DNA of 64,000 nucleotides from a virus: IMG/VR virus record IMGVR_UViG_3300023109_000014, positions 1 through 64,000 of that record. One strand, 5' to 3'. Every line of letters begins with the position of its first letter. Position 1 is the first letter of the stretch. Below are positions 40,301-52,300 of this stretch, piece after piece. The notes beneath the pieces were generated by a model. That model worked only from the letters and a program-made list of their open reading frames with translations. It made no database searches and was not told the origin of the DNA. Both the position numbers and the translations under genes were made by a program.

Positions 40301-43300
40301 CTAAAGGGGTAGACGTAAACGATCCTTCTATGAAAGGTGGAGCTAATAGAAATTTTGATAAAATCGCAGAGTTTACAGGAAAAAGAAGTTGGAAAAATAA
40401 AGAGATTCATAGCACCTTTGACCAAATTCGAGCTTCTTCAGGCAAGACTCCTTGGGAAACCATAATCAATTCATTCCCGCAATTAAAACAAAGAGTTAAG
40501 CCAGGAATGTCAACCTCGGGAACTTTTCAAATTGGTACTGATGAAATCGAATATAGAAATATTAAATCTTTAAAAACTAAAGTTAATAAATGGGTTAAAG
40601 AAAATGGTATAGAGTCATTTAATAATTGGTCAGAAGCAAATTTAGGCTTTAATACAAAAAACTCAATTTTAAGCGGAACTGCATCTGGCGAATATTTTGC
40701 TATGGATGCATATACAAAAATATTAAAAAAAGGAGACAAGCATTTTAATCGAGATGAAAAAGCTGGCTTTTATTCTCAGGGAACTGTCCCTAATTTTATT
40801 ATTGATAAGAATACTGAAAGATCTATATTGCTTAAACAATGGCAGGGAAAACTTGATCAAGCCAGAACTCTCGCTAAATCAGGAAAACCCAGAGCTCAAA
40901 CAGACCCTCAAATTAGCCAACTGAATGGCGAAGCAAATGGAATATGGAGCCAGATTGTTAAAATGCAATCCCCTCAAAAGCCAAAAACCAAAAACGAAAA
41001 AAGCCACTCTGAAGGTTTGATCCCTAACTTCTCTAGTTATTTAGATGCTGGCAGCAATGTTGATAAAAGTTTTGGAGGAGGGATTGTTCCTAATTTTGTC
41101 AAGGTTGGCGAAACAAATCTAGAGAGAGACCGCCTTTTAAAGCAATGGCAAGGCAAACTTGCACAAGCAAAAACCTTATCTCAATCGGGTAAACCCAGAG
41201 CTCAAATAGATCCTCAAATTAGCCAGCTTAACGCAGAGGCAAATGGGGTATGGAGCCAAATCCAAAGTTTAAAAACTTCAAAAAAAGAAAAAACAGGAAA
41301 ATTAGGAAAAGGTTCTACGCTTAGAAGATCTGAGGGTCTTGTTCCCGCTTTGGCAAAAGGTGGAATACCAAACTTTAGCGAAGATAAGATGCGTGAAGAA
41401 ACGTTAAGTAGGACAATATCGAAAATGTCTGAAGGTTTAGTTCCCAACTTTGCTCTCAAAAGAAATGCTGGACTAAGAAAGTTTTACGATTTTGACGAAA
41501 CTTTAGGAACGTATTCTAAAAACGTTAAATCTAAGGATTTATTTCAAGCGGAGTCAGCAGGGCTTGCGAAACCAACCCCTCTCGCAAAAGAACTTGAGGG
41601 GCAAGCCGTAACTATTTTAACCGCAAGAGCAAAGCAGTCAACTCCATTTATTGAAGAAAAATTAAAGAAGTGGGGTATTAATCCTGAAAAGATTATGACT
41701 ACTGCGGATATGTTTAATAATCTTAAAATTGCTAATGACGGGTCTGGAAAAATTATTAAGGCTCAAGGAGGAAGAATCTCTGGTTATAGAAATTTAAAAC
41801 CTGCCGAGAAAAAAGCTATTCTTCTTGAAAGAATATGGAAAAAACAAGGAGGTCAATACGATTTAATTGATGATGCGATTGAAAACATCGAAGCAATTAA
41901 AAACTTAAGGAATGAAAATATAACTGGCACTCATTATCAATTTAGTGGTCAGCATTCTGGAAGAGGTAGTGGGAATGCCGAAGGTTTAGTTCCCAACTTT
42001 GTTCAATCAGAAAATACTCAAAAAGATCTTGTCCCCAATTTTGCTGCAAAAAGCATGCCTGTTCCTGGTTATTTAGAAAAAGTTTCCAGAGAAATTCAGT
42101 CTGCAGGGGGTAGTGCTCAAATTGTTGGTGGGGCTCCTAGAGATTTTTTAATGGGAAAATTTCCTAAAGATTGGGATGTAGAGGTTTTTGGTTTAGAACA
42201 AGAAAAGTTGCAAAAAATATTGTCTCCATCTTTAACTAAAGAAGGTTTAGTTGGTAAAGATTTTGGAGTATTCAAAGCTAAAAGTGGAGGTCAAGATTTT
42301 GAGTTCTCGATGCCAAGAAGAGAAAAGAAAGTGGGTGTTGGGCATAGAGGTTTTGAGGTTGAAGTAGATCCTAACATGGGGCGTAAAGAAGCTGCACAAA
42401 GAAGAGATTTAACAATCAATTCTATTTCTTACGACCCCCTTACAAAGAAATTTATTGACCCCTTGGGGGGGAGGAAGGATTTACAAGACGGCATCATGAA
42501 GCCTACGTCTCCCAGATTTAAAGAAGACCCTTTGAGAGTGTTAAGATCTATGCAGATGGCTGGAAGGTTTAATCTTTCTGCAGATAAAGAATTGGTCAAC
42601 TATTCTCGAGAAATGACTGGACAATTTAAAGACCTTCCGAAAGAAAGAGTGAGAGAAGAATGGATGAAATGGGCATCTAAATCTACCAATCCAGAAAAAG
42701 GTTTACAATTTTTAAAAGAGTCTGGGTGGATAAAACATTTTCCTGAAATTGATCAATTGCAGGGAGTTCCCCAGTCTCCCAAGCATCACCCTGAAGGAGA
42801 TGTGTTTAATCACACAAAGCTTGTGACGAATGCAATGGCGAATAATAAAAACTGGCAAATGCTTCCAGAGAAAGAGAGGGGTAAATTAATGTTTTCTGCT
42901 TTGACTCATGATTTTGGAAAAGTTACAAATACACAAATAAGTAAAGATGGCGCTATAACTTCTTATGGGCACGAGAAAGCTGGAGTAGCACCAATGAAAA
43001 GTTTCTTGGGTAGGATTATGTCTCAAGGAGAAGCGAGTAAATTATCTAAAGACTTAACGCCTTTTGTTGAAAGACATATGTTTCACTCAAATTTTCCTCA
43101 GAATTTGACGCAGAAATCTATTAATAGGTTGACTAAGGACGTAGGGGACCTAAGCAAGTTTCAAATATTGCTTGAATCTGACATGGGTAAAAATTTATCG
43201 GATGATGTAACTGCCAGAAAATTTACTCAGGTTGACGAAAAAAATATTAATAAGATGAGTTCAATCGCAAAAGAAAGTGGAATATATAAAGAGCCGCCTA

Positions 43301-46300
43301 AGCCGATTGTACAAGGTAGGGATTTGATGCAAGAAAAATTAATAGAACCTGGCCCTCAAATGGGTTCTGTATTAAAACATCTAGAAGAAGCTCAAATAAG
43401 TGGAGAGTTTAAAACTAAAAAAGGGGGAATTGAATATTTTAAAAATAACAAAGAAGATATATTAAAACGTATTAATAAATTTACCCCAAAAGGTAGAATG
43501 TTGAGAGGGAGAGCTAGCGGAGAAGTTCCAGAAAAAATAAATTATTCTCAAGGCTTGGTGCCTAATTTTGCTAGAATACCTTCTATGTTTAACGTTAAGC
43601 AAACTAAAACTGGCAAGGATTACGTAATGCAAAAAGATTTGGAACTTGCTAAGACGCAGTTTCCTGACGCAACTTTTAAACAATGGGGCAAGAATCCAAA
43701 GATGCATTTCATTTCTGGACATAAACCTCAAAATAAAATAACGAAGGACAAGGTATCCTTCGCGTCTAACGTAGACTTGCAGGAGTTCGGTAGCTTTGCC
43801 GCCCAAAAAGGATATCCAGAAGTAATGGGAGCGATTGTTAAGTCAACTCAAGTTAAACAGAATTCTTCAGGTAATAGAAATTATGATCGATTGACATCTT
43901 GGAAAAACAAAAAAGAAGAAGTTCCTAATCAAATAAATATTAAAGATGCCCAATCTCTCTCTACTGAAGACTACAAATCTTTTCCAATGGGTAAAGCTGG
44001 AGCAGATTTAAAAAGATTATATAATCCTGACAGTTTTGATAATGTATCTAATACAATTTTTACTTCTTCAGCACCTCAAAAAGCTCTTGCAAAATCCGCA
44101 GAGAAATTCACTACAAATAAGATAGAAAATTCTGAGGATATATTAAATTTTGTTAAGAAATCTCGTGGGTCAGAATCAATTTCAACCGAACAAATAAATA
44201 AATTATATCAAGAGTTTGCTGAAATGAAAGGTCTTGCAGTTATGTCTGATGGACATGTGCCTAATTTTGCTTCTCCTGCTTTTAATAAATTCATAAAAGA
44301 TAATATACATAATAAAAATTATAAAAATATTTCTGATAAAGTAACTAAATTGAATCTATCTGTTGGCAATGCGTATGGAGTTGGTGGTGATATTCCTCAA
44401 GATGTTAAAATTTTAAATCGTTTAACTTCTCAATTATCTAAAGTAACAAACCCGCTCATGGGTCCAACAGGCAAAGGTTCAAGGGATAGAGTATACGAAT
44501 CAAAAGAATTTGCGCAGAAATTTAACAAAACTGAGTATGACAAAATCTCAAAAGAAATTACAACATTGCAAAAAGAAAAGTTTCAATTAAGTCGCCCATC
44601 AAATCCAGACAAAAATCCAGACAGAGTTAAAAAAATTGAGTCTCAAATTTTAAAGAAAAAAGAGCAGGCAACTAATACGCAATTTTATAAAGCTAAATCT
44701 GAAGCGGTGAAGAAAGAAGATCAAGGAATAGAAAGGTTGTTTCAAGAAAAATTTACCGTCCAAAAAGATCAAATTGTTTCGCCTACAGGTAAAACTGTAT
44801 CAACTAAAGATTTAAATTCTATTGAAGAAGAGTTTAATGAATATATGTTTGCCAAGCAACAAAAAAGAACTAATACAAACGAAGAATTAGTCTTGCCCAA
44901 TTTTTCTGTTACTGCCCCAGAAACAGTCCCAAACTTTGTCAACGTAAAAGCAATGAGAGAGCTTGCAAAAAGAGGTGCAACTGAAGGAGAGAGAGCTGCC
45001 GCTCAAAACATGTTAGCAAAGCATGGGTTTAAGAGTAAAACAATCACATCTAGAAGTTGGCACGATAAAATATTTTTAGAAAATTATATTAAAAATAACG
45101 GTCCTAAGTCTGACCTTGAGATGTTAATTAAGAAAGGTTATGCTGAGAAAGAATTAGTTTCCCTAAAAAAACAATATCAAAATGACCCTCAATCTGTTAA
45201 AATTGCAAATCACGGTATTGTTCCAAGCTTCTCAAAACAAAAAGACCGAATAAGTGAAGCGGATTACGAAACCCAATTGTATAAAGAAAACTTTAAAGAC
45301 TCATCTCAAAAACAAAACGTCAACAATTTTAGCTTTGTCGATGACAGAACAACCTCTTCTTCAGGCTCTCAAAGTTTTGCAGAGGGTATGGTTTCTAAAG
45401 ACGTAAGCTCTAGCAGTTCTTCTGTAGACTCCAAAAGTTTTGCAAGTGGAACTGTTTCCAATATTTCTTCGCAAGAAACTGAAACTTTAGCAACTGGGTT
45501 TATTCCAAACTTTGGTATTCAATCTGACCGAATCAAGGAAGCGAGTCAAGCCTCTCAACTTTACGGACAAAATGTTGGGTATAAAGATACTCAAGTTAAA
45601 AAATTAGAAATTAACGGAAAGAAAGAGAGAGTTGTAGTAAACAATAAAGAAAAATTTTACTCTACTGGTTCAGAAGTTCAAAAAGCTTTTAGCCTCCCTT
45701 TTAAACCTAATGGAGGAATGGTTTTGCCTCCAAAAAATACTAAAGTCGGAAAAGAAAGAAGTAGAGAGTTTAGTAGTTTGGTTAATTCTTTTTCTAGCGG
45801 CGTAACTCCTACTGCCGATTCTTCTCCTCCTACTTTGGCTTATGGAGCTATGCCAAATTTCGCGGTATTCAGAAAATATTCTCCAAACACCTTAAGGAAA
45901 TCCAAGATTAAGGATTATTCTAACGAAGAGTTTTCTTCGATAAGTAGAGCTTTATCGGAATTTAACCTTATGTCTATGGGGTCTAGAGGAGGTTTGATGG
46001 GTCAAAAATTAAAGTCTGAGTCTCGAGCAGAAGGTTTATTTAAGACTAAGACGCAAGAGCAAAAAGATGATTTTAGACAATTTTTTAATTCAAGAGAGTT
46101 TAGAAGCTTAACAAAGAATGTTCAGGAAAAACTTAAAGTTGATTTTCCCGATTTATCCAGGGGTTACGGTTATAACGTTGACCCTTTTGCTGTGAGGCAA
46201 CTCGAGAATGTAAGCGCTGGAACAGTTCCAAATTATGCAAATTTAAGTTTATATAGAGGGCAAAAAAAATCAACTATAGATAAACCCAGCGTTGGTAAAA

Positions 46301-49300
46301 ATATGCCAAGCTTTGGCGGCGCACAAACTCCTCGAGACATTATTAATATAATTCAAAATTTTGTTAAGTCTCACGTCAGCGGCCCTCTCTCTGGAAGAAG
46401 AGATATTGGAGAGTTAGATAATGTTGCTCCGTCTGGCGCTACCTCATTTAGCACTTCAGAAACTGTCGCTAAGAAATTTGCTGGAGGAGGTTTAAATAAG
46501 CCTGCAAAAGATAATATACTTTCCACTCAGGTTCCAGAAAAAAATGTATTTAATAAAAAGAAAATTCTTAAATTATTAAATCGAGGAGCTAATCCAAAAA
46601 AAGGCCAATACCCAGAAGTAGAAAAATTTAAAAAAGCGATGGCTTCTGGACAAATTCAAAAATGGGCAGAGCAAGCTGGGGGACTTTTCTTGAATGTTTC
46701 TGGCAGAAGAAATGATAAGTCTCTTCAGAAATTTAATAAAACGGAATACGGTCGAAAAGAGTATGATTTTTATGATAGACCTATGAGTTCAATTGTGCCT
46801 GAGTCTGATATTGGTTGGAATCCTAGTGGAACTAAACAAATCAGTCCCCACGAGAATGAGGTTATGCAAATTTTTGACGAAGGAATTGTACCTAATTTTT
46901 CTGGAGCAGCTGGTTCTGCAGGCAGGCAAAAAAATAAAGCCTATCAGGACGACCCCGACAATATTATAGATTTAAGGCCGTTTACTACATTTGATTATTC
47001 TTTATTATTTCCCCAAAGAGGTGCTGGAAAATCTAAAGATGAAACATTAAGAGGGAGTGGGCCATATGCAAAAAAATATCAAAGTCAATTTCTTGTTGGT
47101 TGGAATGCAAAAGGAATAAATCCAAAAATCCCTAAAGAAGCTGATAAGATCGCAAAAATAGGAGACGCTGTAGAAAGAGATGTTAAAACTATAGTTAAAG
47201 CTCATTCTGAAAATTTCGTTAGAGCTTTTGGCGAAGAAAAGATTAGAATACAGGATTCGTCTGCAATTGATGGAGTTGTTCAAAAACATTTTAACGAAGG
47301 AACTTTAACGGCGATGGCTGGGAACGCTTTTGAGGCCGCTGCAAATACAGCTTTTAGCAACGTACCTGTAAACGCGGGAGGAGGAGATTTTGATGTTAGA
47401 GGCCCAACCGATCAGTTAAGGAGGTTTTTTAATTGGCCTTCTGCTCACGGATCCGTAGGAGATTTTAAGGCCAACTCTCAGTCGGGAGATATTAAAGCTA
47501 GCATGGCGGACAAGATATTAAAGGAGCTTGATTATAGAGGTTTATTATCTGGACAAGTTGCAAAAGAAAAAGCTGACTTTGATCAGTATGATAAAGATAA
47601 GGCGGCAAAAAACAAAGCAGCTACCATCTCTCGATTTAAAAATGTTCCTGGGTCAAATTCTTTAAGAGGAGGGATTACCCAAAAAGCTCCAAAAGGTTCA
47701 GCACCTTCGGAATCAAACCAGCAACATTCTAAAATCGTCGGCTCTAGTCGATCGGGTCAGGAACAAGAGGATTTCTACTTTTCTCAAGATAAAAACTTAT
47801 CTCTCGGTTGGGTTCCAAACTTTAAAATAAATCAAAATCTTGCGGGAGATTCTGTTCCAAGTTTTATTGATAAACCTAAGGAGCAGTTAAATAATTCGCT
47901 AAAAGTTAAAAGCGAAAAAGTTGACTTGCAAAAATCCCTTAAAGCAAAAAAAGGTACTTCTGTAGATTCTCAGAACGAGCTCAGAAGTCAAAATGTATCT
48001 AACGCTTCGGCGAAAAAGTTTGAGTCAATCATTAATAATCGATTTATTGATTCGCAGGAAAACAAAAAGTTTTCTTCTAGCTCTTTCGCAGATTCCGCTC
48101 AGTCTAAAAGTTTACAATTTTCTCGATCATCCAGCAACCTTTCTTCAGATTTTCTTAATACTCGATCTGAAAATAAAGTTTCGAAAGACGCTTCTGTGGA
48201 TTCGCAAACTTACTCGCAGGGCATGGTGTCGAAAGACGCTTCTGTGGATTCGCAAACTTACTCGCAGGGCATGGTGTCGAAAGATAACCAAGTGCCTTCT
48301 AAATCTTTAGAAGCCTCTAAATTTGATTTGACTACCATACATAGGCTGAGAGATAAATTTTTGTCAAGAGAGGAAGCTGTACAGAAAAATATTTCGCCTA
48401 GTGAGCGTAAGCTTGCGTTGCCTAAAGGTAAAAAGCAAGAAGGCAACTCTGAGTTAATCAATTCAATTTATTCTCACGGCAAAGATTTCTCTGCGGATAG
48501 GTTATCTAATGGTTACATTCCTAACTTTGCAATTAATGCAAATAATTATTCAAAGACTAATGATGCTTTAGGTTCCGCAATTAAAAGAGAAAATCAGGCG
48601 GGAATTCCAATGAATAAAATTAGAGTGGGTCAAAGCAATCGATTGAAAAATGAAAAAAATCCTGGAGGAGTTGGAGTGTTTAATACAATTGATGAACCAA
48701 GAGGTTTAAATCAAGGTATTAGTAGGTCTATATCTCAAGGAATCAATCCTCATAAACATGGCCTTGTTTCTTCTGGTTATGTCCCCCAACAAACAATTAA
48801 CGTTCCTAATTTTGTTGGAAGGTTTATTCCTAAAATGTTTAAAGGCGGAAGTAAGGGGGGTAAAGGTGTTGACGCTCCAATTCCAACTTCGGGTGGAGGT
48901 GGAGGCGGAATGTTAGGGGGTGGCGGAGGCTTAATGAATACTATATTTATGGGGCAAATGATGTTTGGAGGCATAGAAGGTAAAACTGGTACTGCAGGAG
49001 GATATGCGGCAGATGCTACTGGAGACGCTTTGCAGATTGCAGGAATAACATCAATGATCACAGATAAAAAGAAGTGGGTTGCTTTAGCTGCAACAGTTGG
49101 AGCTTTGAATGGAATGCTTGACCAATATTCAAAAAGCTTAAAAATGCAGGGAGAGCAAATCCAGAAGAATATTCAAATTAATGGAAAAGCTATTGAGAGC
49201 GCAACTCAAGTTGTTTCTGCCCAAACAAGACTTAATTCTGCAATAGAATCTGGCAACACAGACAATATATCTAAAGCTATTGAATCCCTCCAAAAAGAAA

Positions 49301-52300
49301 TAGAAAGGTTTCCAACAAATGGAAGCGACGCTATAATTAAACTTCGCAGCGACCTTGTTGGCGCTGGTGGAGATGTAGAGATTATGTCGAAAGCTTTAGA
49401 ATCATTTTCTCAATCTGCTCTTAAGGTTTCTAAATTAGGAGAACTAACAGTTAAAACTCAAGCTGTTAACGAAAATAGAGAAGGTTTAATTTTTGGAATG
49501 GGGCCTTCTCAACTGCCTGAATGGATGGGTGGAGCTAAAGGAGATTTAAAAGAAGAGGGTTCAAATGAAATTAGGCAAATAGGTAGAGAATCTGTGACTA
49601 ACTTAGCGCTTGCAGAAGATCAGGTTTCAGCATTTTCTTCTAAAATTTCAAAAATTGATTTTACAAAAATGTCTCCCGATGATATTAAGTCTACGATTAA
49701 AGAGTTTTCTAGAACTTTAGACGAAGAAACTAGAGTTTTGTTCGATCAGATTGTTGATAATGTTCCTGATGATGCTGTTGTCGATTTTACCATGGGTATT
49801 GGCGAGCAATTAAAGCTAAGAAAATCTTCCATAGAGGCTGGCAAGGCTGTTGGAAAAACATCTCAAGCTCTTGGTAATTTAAAAAGTACAATTGTAAATT
49901 TATCTACAGCTGTCAGCAGAAGTATATCAGAATTAAATTCTAATATTTCTAAAGCTTTTGATATTGCTGAAAACCAATTAAATTCTGAATTGAGTATTAT
50001 GACAGGGATGAATTATATTAGCCCTAAGGAAGCGAATGAAACTAAGGAACAGTTTGAGGTTACAAGAATCGAAAGTGAAGCTGCTGCAGGCACTGAATTT
50101 GAGGTATCTAAATTCGTATCTCAATTAATTAAAGATACGAAACTTGACGATGTAGAGGGTAAGGATGCATCTATTTTTTCTGGAAAACTTGGAAATATTC
50201 TTTCAAAAATGGGAGAGCGAGCAAATCCATTGCAAGACGAAGATCCGAGGTTTATGGCAAATGAAATAGTTTCTGCTATAAGTCAAATGGATCCAGCAGA
50301 CCGAACTCAAGGCGAACAAGAATTATTAGATGCAGTCAAGCAGATTGGGGACAAGGCCGCTTCTCAAATTACTTTATTAAAACAGGCTAACGAATTGGCT
50401 TCTAGACAGCAAACAATGCAGAGCAGAATGAACCTGCAAAATGCTCAAATCGATATGGAGAGAGACGGCGATACGCTATCTCAATTTTCATGGTCTCAAG
50501 GCTTAGAACCTAGAACTCAGCTAGATAAAGATATGCAGACTCGCTCTAGTATGGATATGATTGGTTTACTTGAGCCTTTATTTGGACCTAGTGAAGATCT
50601 GACTAAAATGAAGCAAGACGTAGGCGTTCAAAATGCAATTGGCAATGTACAAAGAATACTTCTTGGAATGGGTATTGAAAACGATGCTGGTTTTGATGCT
50701 GGCGCTAATGAAGATATTAGTATGCAAACAATGATTTCTGAAATGCAAAAAGTTTTAGCTCAAGGAGATTTAAATAAAGGGCAAGAAAAAATCGTAAACT
50801 ACATGGTTGGCCAATTAAAAAAGCAGGAGGCCGCTATTTCTGCAACCCCGCAAAATACAGAAGATCTAAAGAGACAGACTGTTCAGTCTACATCTGATGT
50901 TCTCGGTGTTGATTTAAGCGAAGTTGGTATTGATTTAGAGTCTTTGGATTTTAGTTCCCTCAATGCTATTGCTGATCAACTCGCAGAAGATGGCGTTGAG
51001 ATAAAATATTTATCAAGCATCGAAGAAAATACGAAAGTTATGGCTGCAAAATTAAATGATGCCCAAGGAATTACCAAGGAAGATATAATAAGCGCTATAC
51101 AGAACATACAAATTAAAGATGCTGAAAAAGTAGAGAAAAGAAAGGAAGCTGTTAAGCAAAAAGAAGACACTCGTAGTAAAATACAAGATATTGCTATATC
51201 TGGCGCCGATGTGAAAGTTGAAGGGGGTGCAGATATAAATGTAGGCGGTAGCACTACTATTAACGCTAACCCTCAAAGTTCTCAACCTCCTCAACCGCAA
51301 TTTAATCCATTTGTACCTAACTTTGCAAAAGATGAGTCCAGCAATAATAAACAATCTCCAATGCGAGGTTTTGTGAAATCCCTTAAAAGAGATAACAATA
51401 CTGAAAACAGGGGTTTTGAAAAGTTTGATGGAAAAACTTTTACTGGCGGTAAGGCATTGCAAGTGGCAAATTATTATCCTGGAGCTATCGACTCAATCTA
51501 TAGAGAAGTTGACGTTTTGGAAAATAGAGGTGTGCAGAATGCTATTAGCAAAATACAGTTAACTGTTCCATCTACATCTAACTCGACCACAAAATATCAA
51601 GGCCCAGTAGTTACAAATATGATGGACGAAGGAAGCGTTTCTGCCCAAAGCTATTTGAATAAAATTAACAACGTACATAATTTAAAACATTCTGATTCAA
51701 ATTTTAGTATTGCTGGCGCAGTTCCTAATTTTGCATCCTCTTCTCAGTCTCGCGGTTCAGTTAATGCTTCTGTGAGAAATGTTAATGCTAAATCAATTGC
51801 AAATAATATTTCAAGAATAAATCAAAAAAGTGATTGGAAGATGGCAAGAGGGGAAGAGAGCGCTGGAAAAACTTATTCTTCTGGAGCTGCATTAAGGGTT
51901 GCGAATTATTACCCAGAAACAAAAGAAATGTTAGACCAGGAAATTTCAATTCTTAAAAGTAGGGGTATAGATAGCCCATTAAGCCAAGTTCAGTTAACTG
52001 TTCCAGACGAAAACACTACAACTTTTCAAAATAAGAATACATTAGATCCTACAATATCGAATCGATTTGATGATGGTTCTGTATCAATATCAAATTATAC
52101 AAAAAAAATTAGGAACGCTCACAAGGTAGGGTTGCTGACTCCCCAGAAACCAGCAAGCGTCGGAGAGCATGCTCGTGAAAGGGCAAAAAATTTAGTTAAT
52201 AACGAACAAGCTTTAAGGAATCAGCTGCACGAAAACATTCTTAAGAAAAGAAAATCCGTTGTTCTCTCCGAGGAGTTAAAATCCAGAAATGAAAGTATAG

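Noticed and set aside
42043-43557. CCA domain as host contamination or an intein-like insert
   Set aside because: It is in frame and flanked by the same VPNF motifs as other modules; no intein C/S...HN termini are present. Read mapping is still advisable
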